From assembly GCA_014192425.1 (NCBI GenBank), contig BJHK01000001.1, positions 2,623 to 66,622 of the forward strand: 64,000 bases of DNA. The letters are read 5' to 3'. This stretch comes from Planctomycetia bacterium. Lineage in GTDB: Bacteria; Planctomycetota; Planctomycetia; Pirellulales; UBA1268. The notes beneath the pieces were generated by a model. It did not search any database, had not been told where the DNA came from, and saw only the letters and a program-made list of their open reading frames with translations. This document shows positions 45,445 to 54,275 of the stretch, piece by piece (position 1 is the first letter of the stretch; each line of letters opens with the position of its first letter). A program made the position numbers and the translations under genes.

Positions 45445-47694
45445 CTACCGCGGGCGGAAGCAACGGCCGAGCGGGCCGACGAGCATCGCGGGCAGGAGCA
45501 CGAGGTCGCCGGCCAGCGCCGCAGCGAGCAGGACCGCGAGCATCCAGGCGAAGCGGCTCGTCGGCGCGAACGAACTGGCCGCGAACACGAGCAGGCCCAG
45601 CCCGCAGACGAGCGTGCTCTGGGCCATCGCCCCGGCGCAGTGGCCGAATGCCTGCCGCACGGCATCGTCGGCCGTATGCCCTGCGTCGCGGCCGCGCCGG
45701 AAGAAGGTGAGAAAGTGAAGCGTGCCGTCGATCGCCATGCCGAGCGCGATCGAGGCGGTCATCACGCTGCCGATGTCGAGCGGCCGCCGTGTCCAGCCGA
45801 GGAGACCGAAGAGGAGGATCATCGGGAACACGTTGCTGATCATCGCCACCAGGCCGGCCGCGATGCCGCGCTCCACGACCATCATCACGACCGTGATCAG
45901 CAGGCAGGCCGAAAGAAAACTGCTGAACAGGTCACGGAGGAGCGTGTTCTGGATGGCGTGAACGAGCGGCATGACGCCGGTGCAGGTGGCGGTGATGCCG
46001 CGGGACGCGCCGCCGGCCGCGGCGACGAGCGGGGCGACCTCGGCCCGGACGCGGTCGAGGAACACGCCGTAGTCCAGATCCTCGAGCGCGGGGACGCGGG
46101 CCGTGACCCGCCAGACCTCGCCCGTGGGCCAGGCGCGGACGTACTTGAGGTCGTCCACGGCGGCGAGGTCGCGGGCCAGCCGCGTGGCGCCGATCGCGCG
46201 GCGGAGCGTGGAGCGGATGCCGCGGTCGCCGGTCTCCGGGGGCAGGAAGGTCGCCGCCGAGACGACGCCGGAGACGCCGGGGAGCGCGGCCAAGCGCGCG
46301 GCAACACCGCGGGTGATGTCGAGCCGCTCGGTCGCTCGGACGTCGTGCCCGGGGGCGAACGTGAGCATGACCTCGATCGGCACGAGCGGGCCGATGCTGC
46401 GCTCGATCCAGGCGTAGTCGCGGATCACCCGGCTCTCGGGGGTGAACAGCGTGTCGATGCGGACCGAGGTGCGGACGTGCGGCAGGCCGAGGGCGGCGAA
46501 CGCGAGGGCCGCGAAGAACGCGAGCACGATCGGCGTCGGCCGGCGGATGACAGCCTCGGCGAGCGGCCCGGCCCAGCGCGGGGCGGCCGCGGCCGCGGCC
46601 GCGCCTGGGGGCCAGCGGGCGAAGATCCCGGGAAGCACGAGGAACATCGTGGCCAGCGTGGCGAGCACGCCGAGGGCGGCGTGGAAGCCGAAGACGCGGA
46701 TCGGCTCGAGCTCGCTGACCACCAGCGAGGCGAGGCCGATGGCGGTGGTGCCGGACGACAGGCTGCAGGGCAGCCAGCCGAGCCGCAGGCCGCGGGACAC
46801 GAGATCGCGGGCCGGGCCCGCCGCCCGGGCCTCGACGAGGTAGTTCATCAGGTGGATGCCCCCCGACACGCCGAGCACGAGCACGAGCACCGGCATCACG
46901 ATCAGCACGGGGTTCATCCGGTCGCCGCAGGCGTGGAGCGTGAGGAACGAGAAGCCGACGCACCACAGCGAGACGACGAACACGAGGCAGGCGTAGGGGA
47001 GCGAGCCGAGCGACCACCAGGTGAGCGCCAGGATCACGAGGGCGGCCGGCGCGGCGAACTGGCGCATCGAATCGGTGCTCGCGGCATCGACGGTCGCGGT
47101 GTCGACGACCGGCCCGGCCATGCGCAGGGCGTCCCGCTCCACGCCGGCGGCGGCGAGCGTGTCGCGAATCCAGGGCACGGCGCGGCGCCGGTCGGCGATC
47201 CCCGCGGCCGTGAACCCGATCACCGCGCAGGTCGTGTCGCCGTCGGGGCCGACGAGCATCCCGCGCAGCCGCTCCACGGCCGTCGCCCGGTCGAGCGCCA
47301 GGGGGGGCGCGGTGAGGTTGTCGACGGCGACCGCGCCGGTGGCGACGCCCGTGAACCAGGGCTGTCCGGCGGCGTCGCGCGGTGCATCCGGCCCGCTGGC
47401 CGCCGCGAGGAGGTGTTCCAGGGCCGGGTGCCGCAGTCCACAGCCGGGCCACGACACGACGGCCACGTCGCCGCTTTCGAACTGCCTGGTGAACTCGGCG
47501 TAGTCGTGCCGCGGGCCGAAGGTCAGCGGCACCCAGTCGAGCGGCGTGGTGGCGTCGACCGCGAGCACGGCGAGGGCCGCGCGGACGATGAACGGCACGG
47601 CGGCGAGCATCGCTGCGAGCGTCGCCAGGCTGACGACGAGGGCCCGTGAGGCGGGAGCCGCGGCGGGCTGCGAGGGCGATGGCGGGCGGGGCAT
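45445..47694 (-). CDS. MMPL/RND-superfamily membrane transporter
   Basis: 749 aa, two 6-TM-like bundles separated by soluble loops. Sterol-sensing/MMPL-like pattern (GVSGGIHLMNYL, IALGMAIDGTLHFL). Confidence 0.8.
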   Translation of the reverse strand: MPRPPSPSQPAAAPASRALVVSLATLAAMLAAVPFIVRAALAVLAVDATTPLDWVPLTFGPRHDYAEFTRQFESGDVAVVSWPGCGLRHPALEHLLAAASGPDAPRDAAGQPWFTGVATGAVAVDNLTAPPLALDRATAVERLRGMLVGPDGDTTCAVIGFTAAGIADRRRAVPWIRDTLAAAGVERDALRMAGPVVDTATVDAASTDSMRQFAAPAALVILALTWWSLGSLPYACLVFVVSLWCVGFSFLTLHACGDRMNPVLIVMPVLVLVLGVSGGIHLMNYLVEARAAGPARDLVSRGLRLGWLPCSLSSGTTAIGLASLVVSELEPIRVFGFHAALGVLATLATMFLVLPGIFARWPPGAAAAAAAPRWAGPLAEAVIRRPTPIVLAFFAALAFAALGLPHVRTSVRIDTLFTPESRVIRDYAWIERSIGPLVPIEVMLTFAPGHDVRATERLDITRGVAARLAALPGVSGVVSAATFLPPETGDRGIRSTLRRAIGATRLARDLAAVDDLKYVRAWPTGEVWRVTARVPALEDLDYGVFLDRVRAEVAPLVAAAGGASRGITATCTGVMPLVHAIQNTLLRDLFSSFLSACLLITVVMMVVERGIAAGLVAMISNVFPMILLFGLLGWTRRPLDIGSVMTASIALGMAIDGTLHFLTFFRRGRDAGHTADDAVRQAFGHCAGAMAQSTLVCGLGLLVFAASSFAPTSRFAWMLAVLLAAALAGDLVLLPAMLVGPLGRCFRPR

Positions 47695-47783
47695 CGGCGG
47701 ACGCGGCGGGGAAGCGATTCGGGGGGCGCTGGACCGCCCGACTATACACCAGGCACGCGGCCGATTCCCGGACGCCTTTCGCT

Positions 47784-49067
47784 ATGATGAACGGCATGAA
47801 GACGTTTCAGGTCGTGTCGATGGTGATGCTGGCAGCGACGCTCGCCGGCGACGGTTCCGCGTCGGCCGGCGACTGGCGGCACTGGCGCGGGCCGCTCGGA
47901 ACCGGCGCCGCGCTCGACGCCAATCCCCCTGCGCGGTTCGACGCCAGCCGGGGCGTCCGCTGGAAGCAGGAGATCCCCGGCCGCGGCTCGTCGTCGCCGA
48001 TCGTCTCCGGCGCCGACGTGTTCGTGACGACGGCCGTGCCGGTCGAGGGGCAGGCAGGGCAGTTCGACTTCCGGCTCATCTGCCTCGACCGTGCGGCCGG
48101 GAAGGAACGCTGGTCGCGGTCGTGCGTGAAGGCCGTGCCGCACGAGGGGACGCACGAGACCAACGGCTACGCGTCGGCCTCCCCCTGCAGCGACGACACC
48201 CACGTCTACGCCCACTTCGGATCGCGCGGCACGTTTTGCTTCACGCTCTCCGGCGACCTGGTCTGGCAGCGTGACCTGGGCGACATGCGGGCCCGGCACG
48301 GGTTCGGCGAGGGAAGCTCGCCGACGCTGGCCGGCGACCTCCTGCTCGTGCCCTGGGATCACGAGGGGCCGTCGTTCCTCGCCGCGCTCGATGCCCGTAC
48401 CGGCCGGACGGTGTGGGAAGTGCCCCGCGCTGAAAAAACCTGTTGGGCGACGCCGCTCGTGGCCAAGGATTCGGCGGGCGTTCGGCAGGTGGTCATGAAC
48501 GGTCAGGCAGCCGCGCGGGGCTACGACCTGCAGACCGGCAAGGAGTTGTGGCGGTGCGCCGGGCAGACGGAGCGGCCCTGCGCCACGCCGGTCGCGGCCG
48601 GCGGCGTCGCCTGGGTGGGGAGCGGGTTTCGCGGCGCGTTCCTCGGCGCCTTCGATCTCGCCGGCCGCGGTGATCTGGTCGGCGGTCGGCACGTCCGCTG
48701 GACGATCGCCAAGGACACTCCCGACGTCGCCTCGCCGCTGCTCTCCGGCGACCGCCTCTACTTCTACAAAGAGAAGTCCGGCCTGCTCTCCTGCGTGGCA
48801 GCCGACTCGGGCCGGGCCCACTACGAAGCACAGCGGATACCCGGCCTGGGCCGGACCTACGCCTCGCCCGTCGCGGCGGGCGGGCACGTCTACCTCAGCG
48901 ACCGGAGCGGCCGAATCATCGTCATCGCGGACGCCCCAACGCTCGAGGTGATTGCCGACAACGACATGGGCGAGGGGGTGGACGCCACGCCGGCGCCGGC
49001 CGGCCCCGACCTGTTCATCCGCGGCGAGCGGCACCTGTTCTGCGTGTCGCGCGAGCCGGCACCGTAG
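47784..49067 (+). CDS. PQQ-like beta-propeller repeat protein, secreted
   Basis: Signal peptide then DWRHWRGPLGTG and repeated ..SSP.V.G..V.. blades. Confidence 0.8.
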   Translation: MMNGMKTFQVVSMVMLAATLAGDGSASAGDWRHWRGPLGTGAALDANPPARFDASRGVRWKQEIPGRGSSSPIVSGADVFVTTAVPVEGQAGQFDFRLICLDRAAGKERWSRSCVKAVPHEGTHETNGYASASPCSDDTHVYAHFGSRGTFCFTLSGDLVWQRDLGDMRARHGFGEGSSPTLAGDLLLVPWDHEGPSFLAALDARTGRTVWEVPRAEKTCWATPLVAKDSAGVRQVVMNGQAAARGYDLQTGKELWRCAGQTERPCATPVAAGGVAWVGSGFRGAFLGAFDLAGRGDLVGGRHVRWTIAKDTPDVASPLLSGDRLYFYKEKSGLLSCVAADSGRAHYEAQRIPGLGRTYASPVAAGGHVYLSDRSGRIIVIADAPTLEVIADNDMGEGVDATPAPAGPDLFIRGERHLFCVSREPAP

Positions 49068-49079
49068 GACGGAGTCTGC

Positions 49080-49541
49080 ATGACGCCCCAGGCATTCTTT
49101 CAGGTCACGAACACGCTGGCCCTCGTGGCCTGGATCCTGCTCGTGCTCGCTCCGGGCCGCAAGGTCGTGGCGGGGCTCTTGTGCGCGATCGTCGTGCCGG
49201 GGCTGCTCAGCTTGGCCTACGTGGCCGTGATCGGCTGGAAGCTCGCCGCCAACGGTTTTCCGGGGGAGGACGTCACGACCCTCGCCGGCCTGCGGACGGT
49301 GTTTGGTGACGACTGGGTGCTGGCGGCGGCGTGGACCCACTACCTCGTCTTCGACATGGTCGTGGGCGCCTGGATCGCCCGCGACAGCGTCCGGCTGGGA
49401 ATCCCCTGGTGGTCACGGACCGTGGCCCTGCTGCTCACGTTCCTGGCCGGGCCGACGGGTTTTCTCGTGCACGTCTGCGCCCGATCGTGGCTTCGCCGGA
49501 TGGCGAACGTCGACGACGCGCAAGCCGACAGTGCGGCTTGA
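49080..49541 (+). CDS. DUF4281 (ABA4-like) membrane protein
   Basis: 153 aa, 4 TM helices. FQVTNTLALVAWILLVLAP and WTHYLVFDMVVGAW pattern. Confidence 0.65.
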   Translation: MTPQAFFQVTNTLALVAWILLVLAPGRKVVAGLLCAIVVPGLLSLAYVAVIGWKLAANGFPGEDVTTLAGLRTVFGDDWVLAAAWTHYLVFDMVVGAWIARDSVRLGIPWWSRTVALLLTFLAGPTGFLVHVCARSWLRRMANVDDAQADSAA

Positions 49542-49575
49542 AAAGAAGGGAAATGCCCCGGAAGTTCCCCGCAAG

Positions 49576-49649
49576 TGCCCCGTCTTGGACTCGAACCAAG
49601 AACCCTCTGATTAAGAGTCAGATGCTCTGACCAATTGAGCTAACGGGGC
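49576..49649 (-). tRNA. tRNA-Lys (anticodon CTT)
   Basis: 74 nt folded by hand: GCCCCGT acceptor, D arm GCTC-AATTGGTCA-GAGC, anticodon arm TCTGA-CTCTTAA-TCAGA, T arm CTTGG-TTCGAGT-CCAAG, discriminator A. Confidence 0.9.
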
Positions 49650-49804
49650 TGAGATCCCCGTTTTACCGCTGCCGCTCGACGGCGGCAAGGGGCTGCCCGC
49701 CGTGCCGCGAAGCCGCGCCGCGTTGCAGGGATCCGGGCGCTACGGCTACATTTCCGCTCGCGCCGCCGAACGGCGGCGCGACATCCACGCGGAGGTACCT
49801 GCAG

Positions 49805-50629
49805 ATGGGCAGATTCGACGGCATGAAGGGACTCGTGCTCGGCGTCGCCAACGATCATTCGATCGCCTGGTCGATCGCCAAGGAAATCCTCGCGGAGGGC
49901 GGGCAGATCGGCTTCTCGCACCTGCCCGATCGTCCCGACGACGACCGGCAGCGGAACCGGCGCCGCGTTGCCCTGCTCACCGACCCGGAGCCGAATGCGA
50001 AGTTCCTCGTGCCGATGGACGTCTCCAGCGACGAGCAGATAGCCGCCGTCATCGACCGGGCCCGGCAGGATTTCGGCACGATCGACTTCCTCGTCCACTC
50101 GATCGCCTACGCGCCGCTCGAGGATCTCAAGGGGGAGACCACCGACTGCAGCCGCGAGGGTTTTCGGATCGCGATGGAGACGAGCGCCTACAGCCTGCTC
50201 GCCGTCGGCCGGCTGGCCCGCGGCATCCTCGCCAAGGAGGCGTCGATCCTCACGCTCACCTACTTTGGCGGTGAGAAGGTCGTGCCGGGCTACAACATCA
50301 TGGGGGTCTGCAAGGCTACGCTCGACGCCTGTGTGAAGTACATGGCCTATGACCTCGGCCCGGCCGGCATCCGCGTCAACGCGGTGAGCGCCGGCCCGCT
50401 GCGGACGCTCGCCGGCCGCGGCGCGGGTGTCGACGAGATGCTCGGCCTCTACCAGCACATGTCGCCGCTGGGACGCAACGTCACCCACGAGGAGGTCGGC
50501 AAGGCCGGGGCCTGGCTGTTGTCCCGCGAGTCACTGGGCATCACCGGCGAGATCCTCCACGTGGACGCAGGCTACAACGTCATGGGCTCGCCGGGCCGGC
50601 TCCTCGACCTCGTGCCCAAGCCGGAGTGA
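49805..50629 (+). CDS. fabI: enoyl-[acyl-carrier-protein] reductase (NADH) FabI
   Basis: GVANDHSIAW, HSIAYAP, YNIMGVCKATLDA (Y-x6-K) and NAVSAGPLRTLA motifs. GGAGGT SD upstream. Confidence 0.9.
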   Translation: MGRFDGMKGLVLGVANDHSIAWSIAKEILAEGGQIGFSHLPDRPDDDRQRNRRRVALLTDPEPNAKFLVPMDVSSDEQIAAVIDRARQDFGTIDFLVHSIAYAPLEDLKGETTDCSREGFRIAMETSAYSLLAVGRLARGILAKEASILTLTYFGGEKVVPGYNIMGVCKATLDACVKYMAYDLGPAGIRVNAVSAGPLRTLAGRGAGVDEMLGLYQHMSPLGRNVTHEEVGKAGAWLLSRESLGITGEILHVDAGYNVMGSPGRLLDLVPKPE

Positions 50630-50702
50630 CGCTGCGGCGGCAGGCATGGCCGCGGCTGGCATGGGCTGCGCGGCCCACCGGCCGGTGCGGCCGGACGCAC
50701 GG

Positions 50703-50963
50703 TCAGGGCGGGTCGTGGCCGCCGGGATGCCAGGGATGGCAGCGGCAGATGCGGGCCAGCCCGCGCAGGCTGCCGCGAACGGCGCCGTATTTTTCCACAG
50801 CCTGCCGGAAGTAGACGCTGCACGTCGGCTCGAACCGGCAGGTGCGGCCGAGCAGCGGACTGAGGCAGACCTTGTAGACGGCCACGAGGGCGATGAGGAC
50901 GACCGCCACGGCACGGTCACAGCCCTGGGCGAACCGGCGGACACATGCCGCGACGCGGTTCAT
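50703..50963 (-). CDS. yidD: membrane protein insertion efficiency factor YidD
   Basis: YKVCLSPLLGRTCRFEPTCSVYFRQAVEKYG...RICRCHPW signature. 4-nt overlap with rnpA. Confidence 0.85.
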   Translation of the reverse strand: MNRVAACVRRFAQGCDRAVAVVLIALVAVYKVCLSPLLGRTCRFEPTCSVYFRQAVEKYGAVRGSLRGLARICRCHPWHPGGHDPP

Positions 50964-51385
50964 CGGCGCCGCCTCGGTGGTGCGGGGCCGCCCGTGACCG
51001 GCGCCGTGCGGTCGTGCCCCGGCCGGGCCACGACCCTGGCGGCGAGCGACCCGATCCAGTCGGCGACCTGCCGCGTGCCGGCCGCGCCGGCGGGAGGCGG
51101 GCCCGAACGCACGACCACCACGAGGTCGTTCCCCGCGGGCAAGGCAGTCCGCACCGCGCGGTAGGCCTCGCGAAGCCGGCGCTTCCAGCGGTTGCGGACC
51201 ACGGCCGAGCCGATGCGGCGCGACACCGACATGCCCAGCCGCACTGGCGCGCCGGGGAGGGCGTTCTTCGCCGCGTAGAGCACGAGCGGTCCGACGGAGG
51301 CGCTTCTCCGCGCGGCGTAGACGCGGGCAAAATCCGCCGGCCGTGTCAGCCGGGACGACCGCGGCAGTCCCGCCGCCGGCGTCAC
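50960..51385 (-). CDS. rnpA: ribonuclease P protein component
   Basis: SRLTRPADFARVY...RLGMSVSRRIGSAVVRNRWKRRLREAYR (RNR motif). GTG start at 51385 chosen; it overlaps the upstream stop as GTGA. Start uncertain. Confidence 0.75.
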   Translation of the reverse strand: MTPAAGLPRSSRLTRPADFARVYAARRSASVGPLVLYAAKNALPGAPVRLGMSVSRRIGSAVVRNRWKRRLREAYRAVRTALPAGNDLVVVVRSGPPPAGAAGTRQVADWIGSLAARVVARPGHDRTAPVTGGPAPPRRRR

Positions 51386-52380
51386 CACCGCAGCGCCGTC
51401 CGCGGCGCCGCCGCCCCGGCCGCAGCGCAGGCCTTCGCGGCCTCGAGCAACGGGGCGAGTGCCGCCGCGTCGGCCCCCTCCGGGAGGGCGATCTGAACCT
51501 CGGCGATCAGGTCGCCGCGCGAGCCGTTGGCATGCCGCACTCCCATGCCGGCCGCCCGCAGTCGCCGCCCTCCGGACGTCCGCGGCGGAATGCGCAGCGC
51601 GATCGTGCCCCACGGCGTGGGGACGTCGACCTTGGCGCCCTCGATCGCCTCGGCGAGCGTGACCGGCAGCGTCACGTGCAGCGTGTCGCCATCGCGCCGA
51701 AACACGGGGTGCGGTTCGACGTGGACCTCGAGGAGCAGGTCCCCCGCCGGGCCGCCGCCGCTGCCCGGCTGGCCCTGGCCGCGTAGCCGCATCCGCGCCC
51801 CGTCGGGAAGTCCCTGCGGGATCGTCACGCTGATCGTCTCGGTCTTGCCGTCGCGGTCGAGGCGGACGTCGGTCTTGCCCCCCTCGATGGCGAGCGCGAA
51901 CGGCACCGCGATCCGCGCCGTGACGTCGGCGCCAGGTTGCTGCGCCGGCTTGCGTCGGCCCCGGCCCGCACGCGTGCGGCCGGCGCCAGCCCCTCTGTCG
52001 CCAAACAGGCCCTCGAACCCGCCGGCGCCGCCGAACAGGCTCTCCAGGTCGATCTCGCCGCCGCCGGGGAAGCCGCCCCCCGCGCCCGGGACCGGTCCGC
52101 CCGCCCAGCCGCCGGCCTGGCCTCCCGCGCCACCGGCACCCACGCCCTCGAAGGCGCTCCCGTAGCGGTCGTACATCTCACGCTTGCCGGGATCGTTGAG
52201 AACGTCGAACGCCGACTGCACCTGCTTGAACTTCCCCTTGGCGGCCTCGTCGTCGGGGTGCAGGTCGGGGTGATACTTGCGGGCCAGTTCGCGGTACGCC
52301 TTGCGGATGTCCTCCGCGGAGGCCGTCCGCGGCACGCCGAGCGTTTGGTAGTGATCCTCTGCCATCGATCGATTCCGCAT
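51382..52380 (-). CDS. J-domain co-chaperone without zinc finger (CbpA/DnaJ class II-like)
   Basis: DHYQTLGV...AYRELARKYHPDL (HPD), G-rich linker, DnaJ C-terminal beta domains. No CxxCxGxG repeats. Confidence 0.85.
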   Translation of the reverse strand: MRNRSMAEDHYQTLGVPRTASAEDIRKAYRELARKYHPDLHPDDEAAKGKFKQVQSAFDVLNDPGKREMYDRYGSAFEGVGAGGAGGQAGGWAGGPVPGAGGGFPGGGEIDLESLFGGAGGFEGLFGDRGAGAGRTRAGRGRRKPAQQPGADVTARIAVPFALAIEGGKTDVRLDRDGKTETISVTIPQGLPDGARMRLRGQGQPGSGGGPAGDLLLEVHVEPHPVFRRDGDTLHVTLPVTLAEAIEGAKVDVPTPWGTIALRIPPRTSGGRRLRAAGMGVRHANGSRGDLIAEVQIALPEGADAAALAPLLEAAKACAAAGAAAPRTALRW

Positions 52381-52491
52381 CCCGGGGGACCCCGCCCCGC
52401 GCGACGAATTCTAGCAAAGCCGCGGCCGGGTCTCGGGAGCGATTGTCGTGCGGCGCGGCGCCGGGGGAAAGGGGGACCGCGGGTCGGCGGG

Positions 52492-54108
52492 TCAGGCGGC
52501 GGAGAGCCGCGGCGGCCGCGCGTCGGCAGTGTTGTCAACGGCGATCACGTCGAGGGCCCGGAGGAGGAGCGCCTCGCGGTTCGCCAGCGCGGCCGGCTCG
52601 CTGGCGCCGATGAACGTCCCCTCGATCTGCACGCGGACGCCGTCGGCGACCGGTTCACCGAGCCGCACCGTCGAGCCGGCATGGTCGAGCCCGGGGTGGG
52701 CGGCGACGATCTGCCGGAGCCTGTCGAGGCGACGTGCCAGGGCCGCCGGCCCGTGGGCGGTCGGCAGCGTGAGGACGATGGACAGGGGGATCCGGTTGCG
52801 GCAGGAATAGTTGACGAGCTGGCTCTTGGCGAACTCGGCGTTGGGGATCGTGATCAGCGACTGGTCGGTGCCCCGGATCCGCGTCGACCGCAGGCCGATC
52901 CGCTCCACCCGGCCGCGGATCGCGCCATACTGGCACTCGTCGCCGATCCGCACCGGCTTGTCGGCGAAGATCACGAGTCCGGCGATCAGGTTCTCGACGG
53001 TGTACTGCGAGGCGAGGGCGATCGCCAATCCGCCGGCGCCGAGTCCCGCCACCAGCGGCGTGACCGGCACGCCGAGCGAGTCGGCGGCGGCGATCAGGAT
53101 CCAGACGACGATCAGGAACCGGCCGACGCTGCTGGCCAGCCGCACGAGCTGCCCCTCGATCGAGTCCTGGCCGATGCGACGCCAGCCCAGCAGCCGCTCG
53201 GTGGCCCAGGCGACGACGTCGAGAACGCCGATCACGACGCCGACGAGGGTGATCAGGTGGGTGACCACCTTGGCGGCGATGATCGTGTCGCCGGTGAGCC
53301 GAATCTGCGTGCTGCACAGGTAGTCGATGGCCGAGCCGGCCGCAACGAGCGCCGCCGGGAGGAAGAGCCGCTCCAGCGTCCCCGGCGTCGTGACATCCCG
53401 CGCGGCGCAGCGCACGCTCCAGGCGCCGGCCAGGAGCCCGGCCGCGGTCGCCGCCACGAGGAGCGTCGCCAGCCACTGCCAGATCGTCTCCCCTCCCACG
53501 ACCGCGTGCGCCCAGGCAGGCAGCGCGCGGATGAGCCGCTCGGGGATCATCGAGCCGCCGAGCTGGATGTAGGCATCGAGCAGTCCCGGGCTGCCGGCGT
53601 CGGGCCGGTAGGGAAGGTGCCTGGCGGCCTTGTAGAACTCCTCGGCGCGGGCCACCGTCTCGGTGGAAAAGACGAAGTCTCCGGCCCGGGGGCCGGAGGC
53701 GAGTTTCACGAACACGATCTCCGTGCCCGGCAGCCGCCAGCGGTCGATGCCCTCGGCTTTGACGCGGGCGGCGTCGGGGATCGTGTCAGGGGCGGGGAAC
53801 GCGATCCGGTCGAGCACCTCCTTGAGGAGGACCGCGGACTCGCGGCCCTTGGAGTCGAGGAGTGCGGGCGGCACGGCCGAGAGATCGAGGCAGGAGAGGC
53901 CGCGCCGGATGAGCCGGGTGTTTTCCTCGCGAACAGCCCGTTCCCGATTGATGCGGTCGAAGTTGGCGGCGACCCGGTCGACCATGGTGCAGAAACCCTG
54001 CAGCGTGGCCCGGGGACTCGACAGGTCGAGCGGGGCCAGCGGTCCCTCCTCGGCGGCGTGGGCCGCGCCGCATGCGAGGATCGCGACGGCGAGCGCAGCC
54101 GAGAGCAT
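52492..54108 (-). CDS. mechanosensitive ion channel (MscS family) with large N-terminal periplasmic domain
   Basis: LAIALASQYTVENLIAGLVIFADKPVRIGD...IRGRVERIGLRSTRIR is the MscS core. Start at MLSAALAV (signal-like); alternatives at 54168 and 54225. Confidence 0.85.
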   Translation of the reverse strand: MLSAALAVAILACGAAHAAEEGPLAPLDLSSPRATLQGFCTMVDRVAANFDRINRERAVREENTRLIRRGLSCLDLSAVPPALLDSKGRESAVLLKEVLDRIAFPAPDTIPDAARVKAEGIDRWRLPGTEIVFVKLASGPRAGDFVFSTETVARAEEFYKAARHLPYRPDAGSPGLLDAYIQLGGSMIPERLIRALPAWAHAVVGGETIWQWLATLLVAATAAGLLAGAWSVRCAARDVTTPGTLERLFLPAALVAAGSAIDYLCSTQIRLTGDTIIAAKVVTHLITLVGVVIGVLDVVAWATERLLGWRRIGQDSIEGQLVRLASSVGRFLIVVWILIAAADSLGVPVTPLVAGLGAGGLAIALASQYTVENLIAGLVIFADKPVRIGDECQYGAIRGRVERIGLRSTRIRGTDQSLITIPNAEFAKSQLVNYSCRNRIPLSIVLTLPTAHGPAALARRLDRLRQIVAAHPGLDHAGSTVRLGEPVADGVRVQIEGTFIGASEPAALANREALLLRALDVIAVDNTADARPPRLSAA

Positions 54109-54275
54109 GCCGCGCCGCTTCGGCAGCGCCGGGGTATGAACGAACAGGCGCGGCACGACGAGCGGCATCGGCGGGGTCCCGGCCACGGCGGGGCATGCCG
54201 CGGGCAGGTGGGGAGATACCAGCACGCCCGCCAGGGAGCAAGGTTTCCTGTCTTGCCAGGTCCCGCGCCGCCGCG

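Noticed and set aside
50678-50694. Bidirectional terminator between fabI and yidD (CCGGCCG-GTG-CGGCCGG hairpin)
   Set aside because: There is a perfect 7-bp stem, but the loop is only 3 nt and there is no T/A tract on either side. This is too weak to call in GC-rich DNA, where such palindromes are frequent.
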